DNA of 64,000 nucleotides, taken from the NCBI GenBank assembly GCA_018712345.1, contig DVHG01000011.1, forward strand, positions 2,209 to 66,208, written 5' to 3'. Positions 63,777 through 64,000 of this stretch are shown here, piece by piece (position 1 is the stretch's first letter; each line of letters opens with the position of its first letter). The notes beneath the pieces were generated by a model. The model ran no database searches. It was not told the DNA's origin and was given only the letters and a program-made list of their open reading frames with translations. Position numbers and translations under genes: made by a program. Source of the DNA: Candidatus Onthovicinus excrementipullorum (GTDB lineage: Bacteria > Bacillota > Clostridia > Oscillospirales > Acutalibacteraceae).

Positions 63777-64000
63777 ATGGCTAAAAATACATTGGATGAA
63801 ACAAGAGCATTAAAAGTACTACTTGCTCAAGTGCGGGGGTTCTGTGAAAGTATTCAGGATATACTCCACAATCAGGATGCCGCCGAAACTGGCAGATACT
63901 CCAGTTTTAAAGATATGGCCCATACATACAATGATTTGGCCGAAACTGCAAGGGTTTTGTTGCGAGTACCATCTATGTTTTACACATTCGATGTAGACGA
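63777..64000 (+). CDS. Hypothetical protein, N-terminal fragment running off the window (AT-rich region)
   Basis: My own translation is MAKNTLDETRALKVLLAQVRGFCESIQDILHNQDAAETGRYSSFKDMAHTYNDLAETARVLLRVPSMFYTFDVD, open to the window end. RBS AGAGGTG lies 6 nt upstream. Composition is clearly more AT-rich than the rest of the window. Confidence 0.4.
   Translation, partial: MAKNTLDETRALKVLLAQVRGFCESIQDILHNQDAAETGRYSSFKDMAHTYNDLAETARVLLRVPSMFYTFDVD

Overview
GC-rich chromosomal segment from a strictly anaerobic Firmicute. Gene content (nrdDG, adhE, [FeFe]-hydrogenases, feoAB, Na+-decarboxylase subunit) points to Clostridia. An Oscillospiraceae/Ruminococcaceae-type gut organism is my inference only. 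Most of the window is housekeeping or central metabolism: glyA (partial), hom-lysC, fba, nrdD-nrdG, a prfA-tsaC-coaE block, M18 aminopeptidase, adhE, glycerate kinase, rlmB, prs, two tRNA pairs (Met-Glu, Gly-Pro) and two separate feoAB iron-uptake loci. I saw no CRISPR array, transposase, integrase, phage gene or recognisable defence system. The parts that deserve a second look are: (1) a HydS-type sensory [FeFe]-hydrogenase coupled to a PP2C/SpoIIE phosphatase, a group-B-like hydrogenase and a small 2Fe-2S protein, with no visible phospho-target; (2) an 840-aa P1B-ATPase homologue in which every catalytic signature is substituted; (3) three kinds of non-coding repeat. These are a dispersed GC-rich palindromic family at three loci, a tandem pair of ~130-bp highly structured units, and three tandem ~100-bp units that each carry a terminator-like hairpin directly upstream of the second feoAB locus; (4) a stand-alone HxxxDG condensation-type acyltransferase translationally coupled to a membrane protein; (5) several smaller regulatory and pseudo-enzyme oddities. 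The last ~300 nt turn visibly AT-rich and start a new unrecognised ORF, so an acquired island may begin at the window edge. Many long ORFs in the six-frame track are antisense shadows of real genes, as is typical of GC-rich DNA, and were rejected.
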